The notes beneath the pieces are model-generated. The model had not been told where the DNA came from. It made no database searches and saw only the letters and a program-made list of their open reading frames with translations. Positions 32,661 to 45,200 of a stretch of 64,000 nucleotides of DNA are shown piece by piece. How positions within the stretch are numbered: the stretch's first letter is position 1; every line of letters starts with the position of its first letter. Origin of the DNA: Rebecca billardiae RCC1528 (Eukaryota > Protista > Haptophyta); the NCBI GenBank assembly GCA_965240325.2, contig OZ251222.1, positions 4,588,001 through 4,652,000 of the forward strand, in the 5' to 3' direction. A program made the translations under genes and the position numbers.

Positions 32661-35600
32661 ATGCGGGCACGGCCGCTGGCGGCGCTCCTTGCGCTCGCGA
32701 GCATCGCCTCGGTGACCGCTGGTTCGTGCCGCACCATCTCGATCTCGACGAGCGCCCAGCTCGCGGACGCCATCGACGACCTCGAGAAGTGCGACACGCT
32801 CGAGCTCGCGCCCGGCACGTACCCCGTGGCCTCCCAGCTCAAGCTGGACAAGGACGACGTGACGCTCACGTGCCCGGCGGGCACGGCCGTGCTCAGCCCG
32901 TCAGGCCGCTTGAACAAGCCCCTGCTCAAGCTGCATGACTCGGACGGCCTGCTGCTGCACAACCTGCGCTTCAGCCACGCGCCCGCCGGCGGCGTGTACG
33001 TGCACAAGTCGCCCGCGACGATCAGCAACTGCACCTTCTACGACGGCGCCGCCGCGCAAGGGTCGGGCGTGTACATCCACCAGAGCGAGGGCGTCGCGCT
33101 CGTCAACTGCGAGTTCCGCGACAGCTCGTCCAGCGGCCAGGGCGCGGGCGTGTACGCGCACCAGTCGAGCGGCACCATCTCAGACTGCCGCTTTGCGCAG
33201 CTGAGCGCGGACTCGTCCGGCGGCGCGCTCTTCTCGCACCAGGGCTCGCTCGCCGTGCAGAACACCGAGTTCGTGGACTGCCAGGCGCAGCAGGGCGGCG
33301 CGTGGTACGTCAACCAGGCCGGCGGCGAGAGCTCGTGCACGGGCTGCGCGTTCACGAGCGCGCGTGCGCACGGCAGCGGCGGCGCGCTCTTTGTGAACGG
33401 CGGCGCGCTGCGCCTCGCCGAGAGCACGCTGAGCGGCTGCGAGGCGGGCGCGGATGGAGGCGCGGCGTACGTCGTGGGCAACGGCGCGCACCTCACACTC
33501 ACGCATGCCACCCTCGCCGCCAATAGCGCCGGCAGCTCGGGCGGCGCCCTCGCAGCCGAGAGCGCGGCCGTGACGCTGGCCGACAGCTCGCTCACGCACA
33601 ACGCGGCCGGGGCCGAGGGCGGCGCCGTGCTGCTGCGCGGCTCGGCGTCGCTTGAGCTGGTCGGGTGCAACCTCTTCGAGAGCAACGCCGCCGGCGGCTC
33701 CGACCTCTGCGAGGCCGTCGCGAAAGTGAACAGCCCGACTGCGCAGTGCGCCGGCGGCGTGGCTGCCGGTGCCGCGTGCTCGGACGCAGCGGCGAGCGCG
33801 GCATGCGAGGGGTGCGGGGCCGCGACACCGTCGCCGCCGTCCTCGCCGCCGCCGCCCACGGCCGGTGCCACATCGCCACCGCCACCGCCAAGCCCGTCGC
33901 CGCCGCCTTCGCCGCCACCGCCACCGCCAAGCCCGTCGCCACCGCCGCCGCCTTCGCCGCCGCCGCCGTCCGCTCCGCCGCCGCCGCCGCCAAGCCCGCC
34001 GCCACCGCCGCCGACCGGTGCGCACGGCTCGCCGCCGCCGCCGAGCCCGTCGCCGCCGCCTTCGCCGCCACCGCCACCGCCAAGCCCATCACCACCGCCG
34101 CCGCCTTCGCCACCGCCGCCATCCGCACCGCCGCCGCCGCCGCCAAGCCCGCCGCCACCGCCGCCGACCGGTGCGCACGGCTCGCCGCCGCCGCCGAGCC
34201 CGTCGCCGCCGCCTTCGCCGCCACCGCCACCGCCAAGCCCATCACCACCGCCGCCGCCTTCGCCACCGCCACCATCCGCACCGCCGCCGCCGCCGCCAAG
34301 CCCGCCGCCACCGCCGCCGACCGGTGCGCACGGCTCGCCGCCGCCGCCGAGCCCGTCGCCGCCGCCTCCGTCATCGCCGCCGCCGCCGACCGGTGCGCAG
34401 GGTTCGCCGCCGCCACCGAGCCCGTCGCCGCCGCCTTCGCCGCCACCACCGCCGCCGAGCCCGTCGCCGCCGCCGCCGCCTTCGCCGCCGCCGCCAACCG
34501 CTCCGCCGCCGCCGCCGCCAAGCCCGCCGCCACCGCCGCCGACCGGTGCGCACGGCTCGCCGCCGACACCGAGCCCGTCACCGCCGCCTCCGTCATCGCC
34601 GCCGCCGCCGACCGGTGCGCACGGCTCGCCGCCGCCGCCGAGCCCGTCACCGCCGCCTTCGCCGCCACCACCGCCGCTGAGCCCGTCGCCGCCGCCGCCG
34701 CCTTCGCCGCCGCCGCCGTCCGCTCCGCCGCCGCCGCCGCCAAGCCCGCCGCCACCGCCGCCGACCGGTGCGCACGGCTCGCCGCCGCCACCGAGCCCGT
34801 CGCCGCCGCCTTCGCCGCCACCGCCACCGCCGAGCCCGTCGCCGCCGCCGCCGCGTTCGCCGCCGCCGCCGTCCGCTCCGCCGCCGCCGCCGCCAAGCCT
34901 GCCGCCACCGCCGCCGACCGGTGCGCACGGCTCGCCGCCGCCGCCGAGCCCGTCGCCGCCGCCTTCGCCGCCACCACCGCCGCCGAGCCCGTCGCCGCCG
35001 CCGCCGCCTTCGCCGCCGCCGCCGTCCGCTCCGCCGCCGCCGCCGCCAAGCCCGCCGCCGCCGCCGCCGACCGGTGCGCACGGCTCGCCGCCGCCGCCGA
35101 GCCCGTCGCCGCCGCCTTCGCCGCCACCACCGCCGCCGAGCCCGTCGCCGCCGCCGCCGCCTTCGCCGCCGCCGCCGTCCGCTCCGCCGCCGCCGCCGCC
35201 AAGCCCGCCGCCACCGCCGCCGACCGGTGCGCACGGCTCTCCGCCGCCGCCGAGCCCGTCACCGCCGCCTCCGTCATCGCCGCCGCCGCCGCCTACCGGT
35301 GTGCACGGCTCGCCGCCGCCACCGAGCCCGTCGCCGCCGCCTCCGTCATCGCCCTCCTCGTCGCCCTCGCCCCTCGGCAGCCCTCCGCCCGCCGGGGGCT
35401 ACGAGGCGTGCACGCCCGGCTACTGGAAGAACCACCTCCCGCAGTGGGCGCCCGCCGCCATCTCGCCCTCCAGCGCGTTCAACGCGCACTTCGCGCTCTC
35501 GCCAGCAGAGTCGGGCTGGTCCGACCGCGCAGGCGCCGCGGGCGCGTGGGAGCTGCTCGAGGTGATGCAGGATGGCGCCCGAACGCACAACGCCCACGGC

Positions 35601-36192
35601 AACAACTGGTGGCAGCTCTCGCGCACCGCTGCCGCGGCCGTGCTCAACGCGGGCCACCCTGACGTGACGTACCCGCTCACCGCGGCGGAGGTGATCACGA
35701 TGGTGGGGGACGCGATGCAGCTGCCGCCCGAGGACTTCCAGGCGGAGGTGGAGCGCGTGAAGACGCTGCTCGACGACATGCACAACGAGTGGCCGTGCCC
35801 GCTCGGCAATGCGCTGCCCGAGCCGAGACCGCCGCCTGCGCAGCCCTCACTGCCGTCGCCGCCAAGCTCGCCAGCGCCGTCGCCGCCGTCGTCGCCGCCA
35901 AGCCCGCCGCCTCCGCAGCCCTCGCCGCAACCACCGCCGCCATCCGCGCCGCCACCACCGCCGCCGCAGCCCTCACCACCGCCACCAAGTGCGCCTCCGC
36001 CGCCGCCACCGTCGCCGCCGCCGAGCCCGCCGCCACCGCCACCGCCATCTCCGCCACCATCGCCGCCGCCGCCTAGCTCGCCACCGCCGCCACCGCCGTC
36101 ACCGCCGCCGAGCCCGCCACCCAGCCCGCCACCACCAAGCCCGCCACCGCCACCACCACCCTCTCCGCCGCCGTCGCCGCCGCCGCCCAGCT

Positions 36193-36223
<31 letters not shown>

Positions 36224-39200
36224 CAGCCCGCCACCGAGCCCACCGCCGCCGTCTCCGCCGCCGCCTCCGCCGCCATCGCCACCGCCATCGCCGCCACCGC
36301 CCAGCTCGCCACCGCCGCCACCGCCGTCGCCGCCGCCGAGCCCTCCACCCAGTCCGCCGCCGCCGAGTCCGCCGCCACCACCGCCGCCATCTCCGCCGCC
36401 GTCACCACCGCCGCCCAGCTCGCCACCGCCGCCACCGCCGTCGCCACCACCGAGCCCGCCGCCACGCCCGCCACCGCCGAGCCCGCCACCGCCACCGCCA
36501 CCGTCGCCGCCTCCATCGCCGCCGCCGCCCAGCTTGCCGCCCCCTCCGCCACCGTCGCCGCCACCGAGCCCGCCGCCCAGCCCGCCACCGCCGAGCCCGC
36601 CGCCGCCACCGCCGCCATCTCCGCCGCCGTCACCACCGCCGCCCAGCTCGCCACCGCCGCCACCGCCGTCGCCACCACCGAGCCCGCCGCCAAGCCCGCC
36701 ACCGCCGAGCCTGCCACCGCCACCGCCGCCATCGCCACCACCGTCGCCCCCACCGCCATCTCCGCCACCGAGCCCACCCCCGCCGTCGTTGCCACCCACG
36801 CCACCTCCGCCTTGCAACGGCAATGGCGCGGTTCAGGCGACTGCGTACTCGGGCGGTCCTCCGACGGGCTACTCGTGCGTGCCGGACGACAAGGCGGGGC
36901 CTCCCCGGCCGCGCCGCCTGTCGAGTGTGCCTGACGTGGTGGGTGCGCGTGACGAGGACGAGTGCGCTGCCGCGCTGTACAGCGTGTGCTCGGTGTTCAG
37001 CTTCTGGGCGGACACGGGCGAGTGCTACTGCTGCCCGGACCCGTTCACGCTCTACCCGCGCCCGTCTGCATCGTTGTGGGAGTCGGAGTGGGTGTGCCCG
37101 CCACCGCCGCCACCGCCATCGCCGCCACCGAGCCCGCCACCGAGCCCTCCACCACCGAGCCCGCCACCGCCACCACCACCATCTCCGCCGCCGTCGCCGC
37201 CGCCGCCCAGCTCGCCACCGCCGCCGCCGCCGTCGCCACCGCCGAGCCCGCCTCCGAGCCCCCCGCCGCCGTCTCCGCCACCGCCACCACCGCCGAGCCC
37301 ACCTCCATCGCCTCCACCGCCGAGCTCGCCGCCGCCCCCACCACCGTCACCACCGCCCAGCCCGCCACCGAGCCCCCCGCCGCCGTCTTCGCCACCGCCA
37401 CCGCCGCCGAGCCCGCCTCCATCGCCGCCGCCACCGAGCTCGCCGCCGCCGCCACCGCCGTCGCCACCGCCCAGCCCGCCACCGAGCCCACCGCCGCCGT
37501 CTCCGCCACCGCCACCGCCGCCGAGCCCGCCTCCATCGCCGCCGCCACCGAGCTCGCCGCCGCCGCCACCGCCGTCGCCACCGCCCAGCCCGCCACCGAG
37601 CCCACCACCACCGAGCCCGCCACCGCCACCGCCGCCGTCGCCGCCGCCATCTCCACCGCCGAGTCCGCCACCACCGAGCCCTCCTCCGCCGCCTCCACCG
37701 TCACCGCCGCCGAGCCCTCCACCGAGCCCGCCGCCGCCGAGCCCGCCGCCGCCACCGCCGCCATCTCCGCCGCCGTCACCACCGCCGCCCAGCTCGCCAC
37801 CGCCGCCACCGCCGTCGCCACCACCGAGCCCGCCGCCAAGCCCGCCACCGCCGAGCCTGCCACCGCCACCGCCGCCATCGCCACCACCGTCGCCCCCACC
37901 GCCATCTCCGCCACCGAGCCCACCCCCGCCGTCGTTGCCACCCACGCCACCTCCGCCTTGCAACGGCAATGGCGCGGTTCAGGCGACTGCGTACTCGGGC
38001 GGTCCTCCGACGGGCTACTCGTGCGTGCCGGACGACAAGGCGGGGCCTCCCCGGCCGCGCCGCCTGTCGAGTGTGCCTGACGTGGTGGGTGCGCGTGACG
38101 AGGACGAGTGCGCTGCCGCGCTGTACAGCGCGTGCTCGGTGTTCAGCTTCTGGGCGGACACGGGCGAGTGCTACTGCTGCCCGGACCCGTTCACGCTCTA
38201 CCCGCGCCCGTCTGCATCGTTGTGGGAGTCGGAGTGGGTGTGCTCGCCACTGCCGCCACCTTCGCCACCACCGCTGCCCCCGCCATCCCCACCGTCGCCG
38301 CCGCCGAGCCCGCCACCGCCGCCACCGCCATCGCCGCCACCGAGCCCGCCACCGAGCCCTCCACCACCGAGCCCGCCACCGCCACCACCACCCTCTCCGC
38401 CGCCGTCGCCGCCGCCGCCCAGCTCGCCACCGCCGCCGCCGCCGTCGCCACCGCCGAGCCCGCCTCCGAGCCCTCCGCCGCCGTCTCCGCCACCTCCACC
38501 ACCGCCGAGCCCACCTCCATCGCCTCCACCGCCGAGCTCGCCGCCGCCCCCACCACCGTCACCACCGCCCAGCCCACCACCGAGCCCCCCGCCGCCGTCT
38601 CCGCCGCCGCCACCGCCGCCGAGCCCGCCTCCATCGCCTCCACCGCCGAGCTCGCCGCCGCCCCCACCACCGTCACCACCGCCCAGCCCGCCACCGAGCC
38701 CACCGCCGCCGTCTCCGCCGCCGCCACCGCCGCCGAGCCCGCCTCCATCGCCTCCACCGCCGAGCTCGCCGCCGCCCCCACCACCGTCACCACCGCCCAG
38801 CCCGCCACCGAGGGCCCCGCCGCCGTCTCCGCCACCGCCACCGCCGCCGAGCCCGCCTCCATCGCCTCCACCGCCGAGCTCGCCGCCGCCCCCACCACCG
38901 TCACCACCGCCCAGCCCGCCACCGAGCCCACCGCCGCCGTCTCCGCCACCGCCACCGCCGCCGAGCCCGCCTCCATCGCCGCCGCCACCGAGCTCGCCGC
39001 CGCCGCCACCGCCGTCGCCACCGCCCAGCCCGCCACCGAGCCCACCACCACCGAGCCCGCCACCGCCACCGCCGCCGTCGCCGCCGCCATCTCCACCGCC
39101 GAGTCCGCCACCACCGAGCCCTCCTCCGCCGCCTCCACCGTCACCGCCGCCGAGCGCTCCACCGAGCCCGCCGCCGCCGAGCCCGCCGCCGCCACCGCCG

Positions 39201-42200
39201 CCATCTCCGCCGCCGTCACCACCGCCACCCAGCTCGCCACCGCCGCCACCGCCGTCGCCACCACCGAGCCCGCCGCCAAGCCCGCCACCGCCGAGCCTGC
39301 CACCGCCCCCACCGCCATCGCCACCACCGTCGCCCCCACCGCCATCTCCGCCACCGAGCCCACCCCCGCCGTCGTTGCCACCCACGCCACCTCCGCCTTG
39401 CAACGGCAATGGCGCGGTTCAGGCGACTGCGTACTCGGGCGGTCCTCCGACGGGCTACTCGTGCGTGCCGGACGACAAGGCGGGGCCTCCCCGGCCGCGC
39501 CGCCTGTCGAGTGTGCCTGACGTGGTGGGTGCGCGTGACGAGGACGAGTGCGCTGCCGCGCTGTACAGCGTGTGCTCGGTGTTCAGCTTCTGGGCGGACA
39601 CGGGCGAGTGCTACTGCTGCCCGGACCCGTTCACGCTCTACCCGCGCCCGTCTGCATCGTTGTGGGAGTCGGAGTGGGTGTGCTCGCCGCTGCCGCCACC
39701 TTCGCCACCACCGCTGCCCCCGCCATCCCCACCGTCGCCGCCGCCGAGCCCGCCACCGCCGCCACCGCCATCGCCGCCACCGAGCCCGCCACCGAGCCCT
39801 CCACCACCGAGCCCGCCACCGCCACCACCACCATCTCCGCCGCCGTCGCCGCCGCCGCCCAGCTCGCCACCGCCGCCGCCGCCGTCGCCACCGCCGAGCC
39901 CGCCTCCGAGCCCTCCGCCGCCGTCTCCGCCACCGCCACCACCGCCGAGCCCACCTCCATCGCCTCCACCGCCGAGCTCGCCGCCGCCCCCACCACCGTC
40001 ACCACCGCCCAGCCCGCCACCGAGCCCCCCGCCGCCGTCTCCGCCGCCGCCACCGCCGCCGAGCCCGCCTCCATCGCCTCCACCGCCGAGCTCGCCGCCG
40101 CCCCCACCACCGTCACCACCGCCCAGCCCGCCACCGAGCCCACCGCCGCCGTCTCCGCCACCGCCACCGCCGCCGAGCCCGCCTCCATCGCCTCCACCGC
40201 CGAGCTCGCCGCCGCCCCCACCACCGTCACCACCGCCCAGCCCGCCACCGAGCCCCCCGCCGCCGTCTCCGCCGCCGCCACCGCCGCCGAGCCCGCCTCC
40301 ATCGCCTCCACCGCCGAGCTCGCCGCCGCCCCCACCACCGTCACCACCGCCCAGCCCGCCACCGAGCCCACCGCCGCCGTCTCCGCCACCGCCACCGCCG
40401 CCGAGCCCGCCTCCATCGCCGCCGCCACCGAGCTCGCCGCCGCCGCCACCGCCGTCGCCACCGCCCAGCCCGCCACCGAGCCCACCACCACCGAGCCCGC
40501 CACCGCCACCGCCGCCGTCGCCGCCGCCATCTCCACCGCCGAGTCCGCCACCACCGAGCCCTCCTCCGCCGCCTCCACCGTCACCGCCGCCGAGCCCTCC
40601 ACCGAGCCCGCCGCCGCCGAGCCCGCCGCCGCCACCGCCGCCATCTCCGCCGCCGTCACCACCGCCGCCCAGCTCGCCACCGCCGCCACCGCCGTCGCCA
40701 CCACCGAGCCCGCCGCCAAGCCCGCCACCGCCGAGCCTGCCACCGCCACCGCCGCCATCGCCACCACCGTCGCCCCCACCGCCATCTCCGCCACCGAGCC
40801 CACCCCCGCCGTCGTTGCCACCCACGCCACCTCCGCCTTGCAACGGCAATGGCGCGGTTCAGGCGACTGCGTACTCGGGCGGTCCTCCGACGGGCTACTC
40901 GTGCGTGCCGGACGACAAGGCGGGCCCTCCCCGGCCGCGCCGCCTGTCGAGTGTGCCTGACGTGGTGGGTGCGCGTGACGAGGACGAGTGCGCTGCCGCG
41001 CTGTACAGCGTGTGCTCGGTGTTCAGCTTCTGGGCGGACACGGGCGAGTGCTACTGCTGCCCGGGCCCGTTCACGCTTTACCCGCGCCCGTCTGCATCGT
41101 TGTGGGAGTCGGAGTGGGTGTGCTCGCCACTGCCGCCACCTTCGCCACCACCGCCGCCTCCGCCATCCCCACCGTCGCCGCCGCCGAGCCCGCCACCGCC
41201 GCCACCGCCATCGCCGCCACCGAGCCCGCCACCGAGCCCTCCACCACCGAGCCCGCCACCGCCACCACCACCATCTCCGCCGCCGTCGCCGCCGCCGCCC
41301 AGCTCGCCACCGCCGCCGCCGCCGTCGCCACCGCCGAGCCCGCCTCCGAGCCCCCCGCCGCCGTCTCCGCCACCGCCACCACCGCCGAGCCCACCTCCAT
41401 CGCCTCCACCGCCGAGCTCGCCGCCGCCCCCACCACCGTCACCACCGCCCAGCCCGCCACCGAGCCCACCGCCGCCGTCTCCGCCGCCGCCACCGCCGCC
41501 GAGCCCGCCTCCATCGCCTCCACCGCCGAGCTCGCCGCCGCCCCCACCACCGTCACCACCGCCCAGCCCGCCACCGAGCCCCCCGCCGCCGTCTCCGCCG
41601 CCGCCACCGCCGCCGAGCCCGCCTCCATCGCCTCCACCGCCGAGCTCGCCGCCGCCCCCACCACCGTCACCACCGCCCAGCCCGCCACCGAGCCCACCGC
41701 CGCCGTCTCCGCCACCGCCACCGCCGCCGAGCCCGCCTCCATCGCCGCCGCCACCGAGCTCGCCGCCGCCGCCACCGCCGTCGCCACCGCCCAGCCCGCC
41801 ACCGAGCCCACCACCACCGAGCCCGCCACCGCCACCGCCGCCGTCGCCGCCGCCATCTCCACCGCCGAGTCCGCCACCACCGAGCCCTCCTCCGCCGCCT
41901 CCACCGTCACCGCCGCCGAGCCCTCCACCGAGCCCGCCGCCGCCGAGCCCGCCGCCGCCACCGCCGCCATCTCCGCCGCCGTCACCACCGCCGCCCAGCT
42001 CGCCACCGCCGCCACCGCCGTCGCCACCACCGAGCCCGCCGCCAAGCCCGCCACCGCCGAGCCTGCCACCGCCACGGCCGCCATCGCCACCACCGTCGCC
42101 CCCACCGCCATCTCCGCCACCGAGCCCACCCCCGCCGTCGTTGCCACCCACGCCACCTCCGCCTTGCAACGGCAATGGCGCGGTTCAGGCGACTGCGTAC

Positions 42201-45200
42201 TCGGGCGGTCCTCCGACGGGCTACTCGTGCGTGCCGGACGACAAGGCGGGGCCTCCCCGGCCGCGCCGCCTGTCGAGTGTGCCTGACGTGGTGGGTGCGC
42301 GTGACGAGGACGAGTGCGCTGCCGCGCTGTACAGCGTGTGCTCGGTGTTCAGCTTCTGGGCGGACACGGGCGAGTGCTACTGCTGCCCGGACCCGTTCAC
42401 GCTCTACCCGCGCCCGTCTGCATCGTTGTGGGAGTCGGAGTGGGTGTGCTCGCCGCTGCCGCCACCTTCGCCACCACCGCTGCCCCCGCCATCCCCACCG
42501 TCGCCGCCGCCGAGCCCGCCACCGCCGCCACCGCCATCGCCGCCACCGAGCCCGCCACCGAGCCCTCCACCACCGAGCCCGCCACCGCCACCACCACCAT
42601 CTCCGCCGCCGTCGCCGCCGCCGCCCAGCTCGCCACCGCCGCCGCCGCCGTCGCCACCGCCGAGCCCGCCTCCGAGCCCTCCGCCGCCGTCTCCGCCACC
42701 GCCACCACCGCCGAGCCCACCTCCATCGCCTCCACCGCCGAGCTCGCCGCCGCCCCCACCACCGTCACCACCGCCCAGCCCGCCACCGAGCCCCCCGCCG
42801 CCGTCTCCGCCGCCGCCACCGCCGCCGAGCCCGCCTCCATCGCCTCCACCGCCGAGCTCGCCGCCGCCCCCACCACCGTCACCACCGCCCAGCCCGCCAC
42901 CGAGCCCACCGCCGCCGTCTCCGCCACCGCCACCGCCGCCGAGCCCGCCTCCATCGCCTCCACCGCCGAGCTCGCCGCCGCCCCCACCACCGTCACCACC
43001 GCCCAGCCCGCCACCGAGCCCCCCGCCGCCGTCTCCGCCGCCGCCACCGCCGCCGAGCCCGCCTCCATCGCCTCCACCGCCGAGCTCGCCGCCGCCCCCA
43101 CCACCGTCACCACCGCCCAGCCCGCCACCGAGCCCACCGCCGCCGTCTCCGCCACCGCCACCGCCGCCGAGCCCGCCTCCATCGCCGCCGCCACCGAGCT
43201 CGCCGCCGCCGCCACCGCCGTCGCCACCGCCCAGCCCGCCACCGAGCCCACCACCACCGAGCCCGCCACCGCCACCGCCGCCGTCGCCGCCGCCATCTCC
43301 ACCGCCGAGTCCGCCACCACCGAGCCCTCCTCCGCCGCCTCCACCGTCACCGCCGCCGAGCCCTCCACCGAGCCCGCCGCCGCCGAGCCCGCCGCCGCCA
43401 CCGCCGCCATCTCCGCCGCCGTCACCACCGCCGCCCAGCTCGCCACCGCCGCCACCGCCGTCGCCACCACCGAGCCCGCCGCCAAGCCCGCCACCGCCGA
43501 GCCTGCCACCGCCACCGCCGCCATCGCCACCACCGTCGCCCCCACCGCCATCTCCGCCACCGAGCCCACCCCCGCCGTCGTTGCCACCCACGCCACCTCC
43601 GCCTTGCAACGGCAATGGCGCGGTTCAGGCGACTGCGTACTCGGGCGGTCCTCCGACGGGCTACTCGTGCGTGCCGGACGACAAGGCGGGGCCTCCCCGG
43701 CCGCGCCGCCTGTCGAGTGTGCCTGACGTGGTGGGTGCGCGTGACGAGGACGAGTGCGCTGCCGCGCTGTACAGCGTGTGCTCGGTGTTCAGCTTCTGGG
43801 CGGACACGGGCGAGTGCTACTGCTGCCCGGACCCGTTCACGCTCTACCCGCGCCCGTCTGCATCGTTGTGGGAGTCGGAGTGGGTGTGCTCGCCACTGCC
43901 GCCACCTTCGCCACCACCGCTGCCCCCGCCATCCCCACCGTCGCCGCCGCCGAGCCCGCCACCGCCGCCACCGCCATCGCCGCCAGCGAGCCCGCCACCG
44001 AGCCCTCCGCCACCGAGCCCGCCACCGCCACCACCACCCTCTCCGCCGCCGTCGCCGCCGCCGCCCAGCTCGCCACCGCCGCCGCCGCCGTCGCCACCGC
44101 CGAGCCCGCCTCCGAGCCCCCCGCCGCCGTCTCCGCCACCGCCACCACCGCCGAGCCCACCTCCATCGCCTCCACCGCCGAGCTCGCCGCCGCCCCCACC
44201 ACCGTCACCACCGCCCAGCCCGCCACCGAGCCCCCCGCCGCCGTCTCCGCCACCGCCACCGCCGCCGAGCCCGCCTCCATCGCCGCCGCCACCGAGCTCG
44301 CCGCCGCCCCCACCGCCATCGCCACCGCCCAGCCCGCCACCGAGCCCACCACCACCGAGCCCGCCACCGCCACCGCAGCCGTCGCCGCCGCCATCTCCAC
44401 CGCCGAGTCCGCCACCACCGAGCCCTCCTCCGCCGCCTCCACCGTCACCGCCGCCGAGCCCTCCACCAAGCCCGCCACCGCCGAGCCTGCCACCGCCACC
44501 GCCACCGTCGCCGCCTCCATCGCCGCCGCCGCCCAGCTTGCCGCCCCCTCCGTCACCGTCGCCGCCACCGAGCCCGCCGCCGAGCCCGCCACCGCCGAGC
44601 CCGCCACCGCCACCGCCACCGTCGCCGCCTCCATCGCCGCCGCCGCCCAGCTTGCCGCCCCCTCCGCCACCGTCGCCACCACCGAGCCCGCCGCCCAGCC
44701 CGCCACCGCCAAGTCAGCCGCCGCCACCGCCGCCATCGCCACCACCGTCGCCCCCACCGCCATCTCCGCCACCGAGCCCACCCCCGCCGTCGTTGCCACC
44801 CACGCCACCTCCGCCTTGCAACGGCAATGGCGCGGTTCAGGCGACTGCGTACTCGGGCGGTCCTCCGACGGGCTACTCGTGCGTGCCGGACGACAAGGCG
44901 GGGCCTCCCCGGCCGCGCCGCCTGTCGAGTGTGCCTGACGTGGTGGGTGCGCGTGACGAGGACGAGTGCGCTGCCGCGCTGTACAGCGTGTGCTCGGTGT
45001 TCAGCTTCTGGGCGGACACGGGCGAGTGCTACTGCTGCCCGGACCCGTTCACGCTCTACCCGCGCCCGTCTGCATCGTTGTGGGAGTCGGAGTGGGTGTG
45101 CTCGCCGCTGCCGCCACCTTCGCCACCACCGCTGCCCCCGCCATCCCCACCGTCGCCGCCGCCGAGCCCGCCACCGCCGCCACCGCCATCGCCGCCACCG

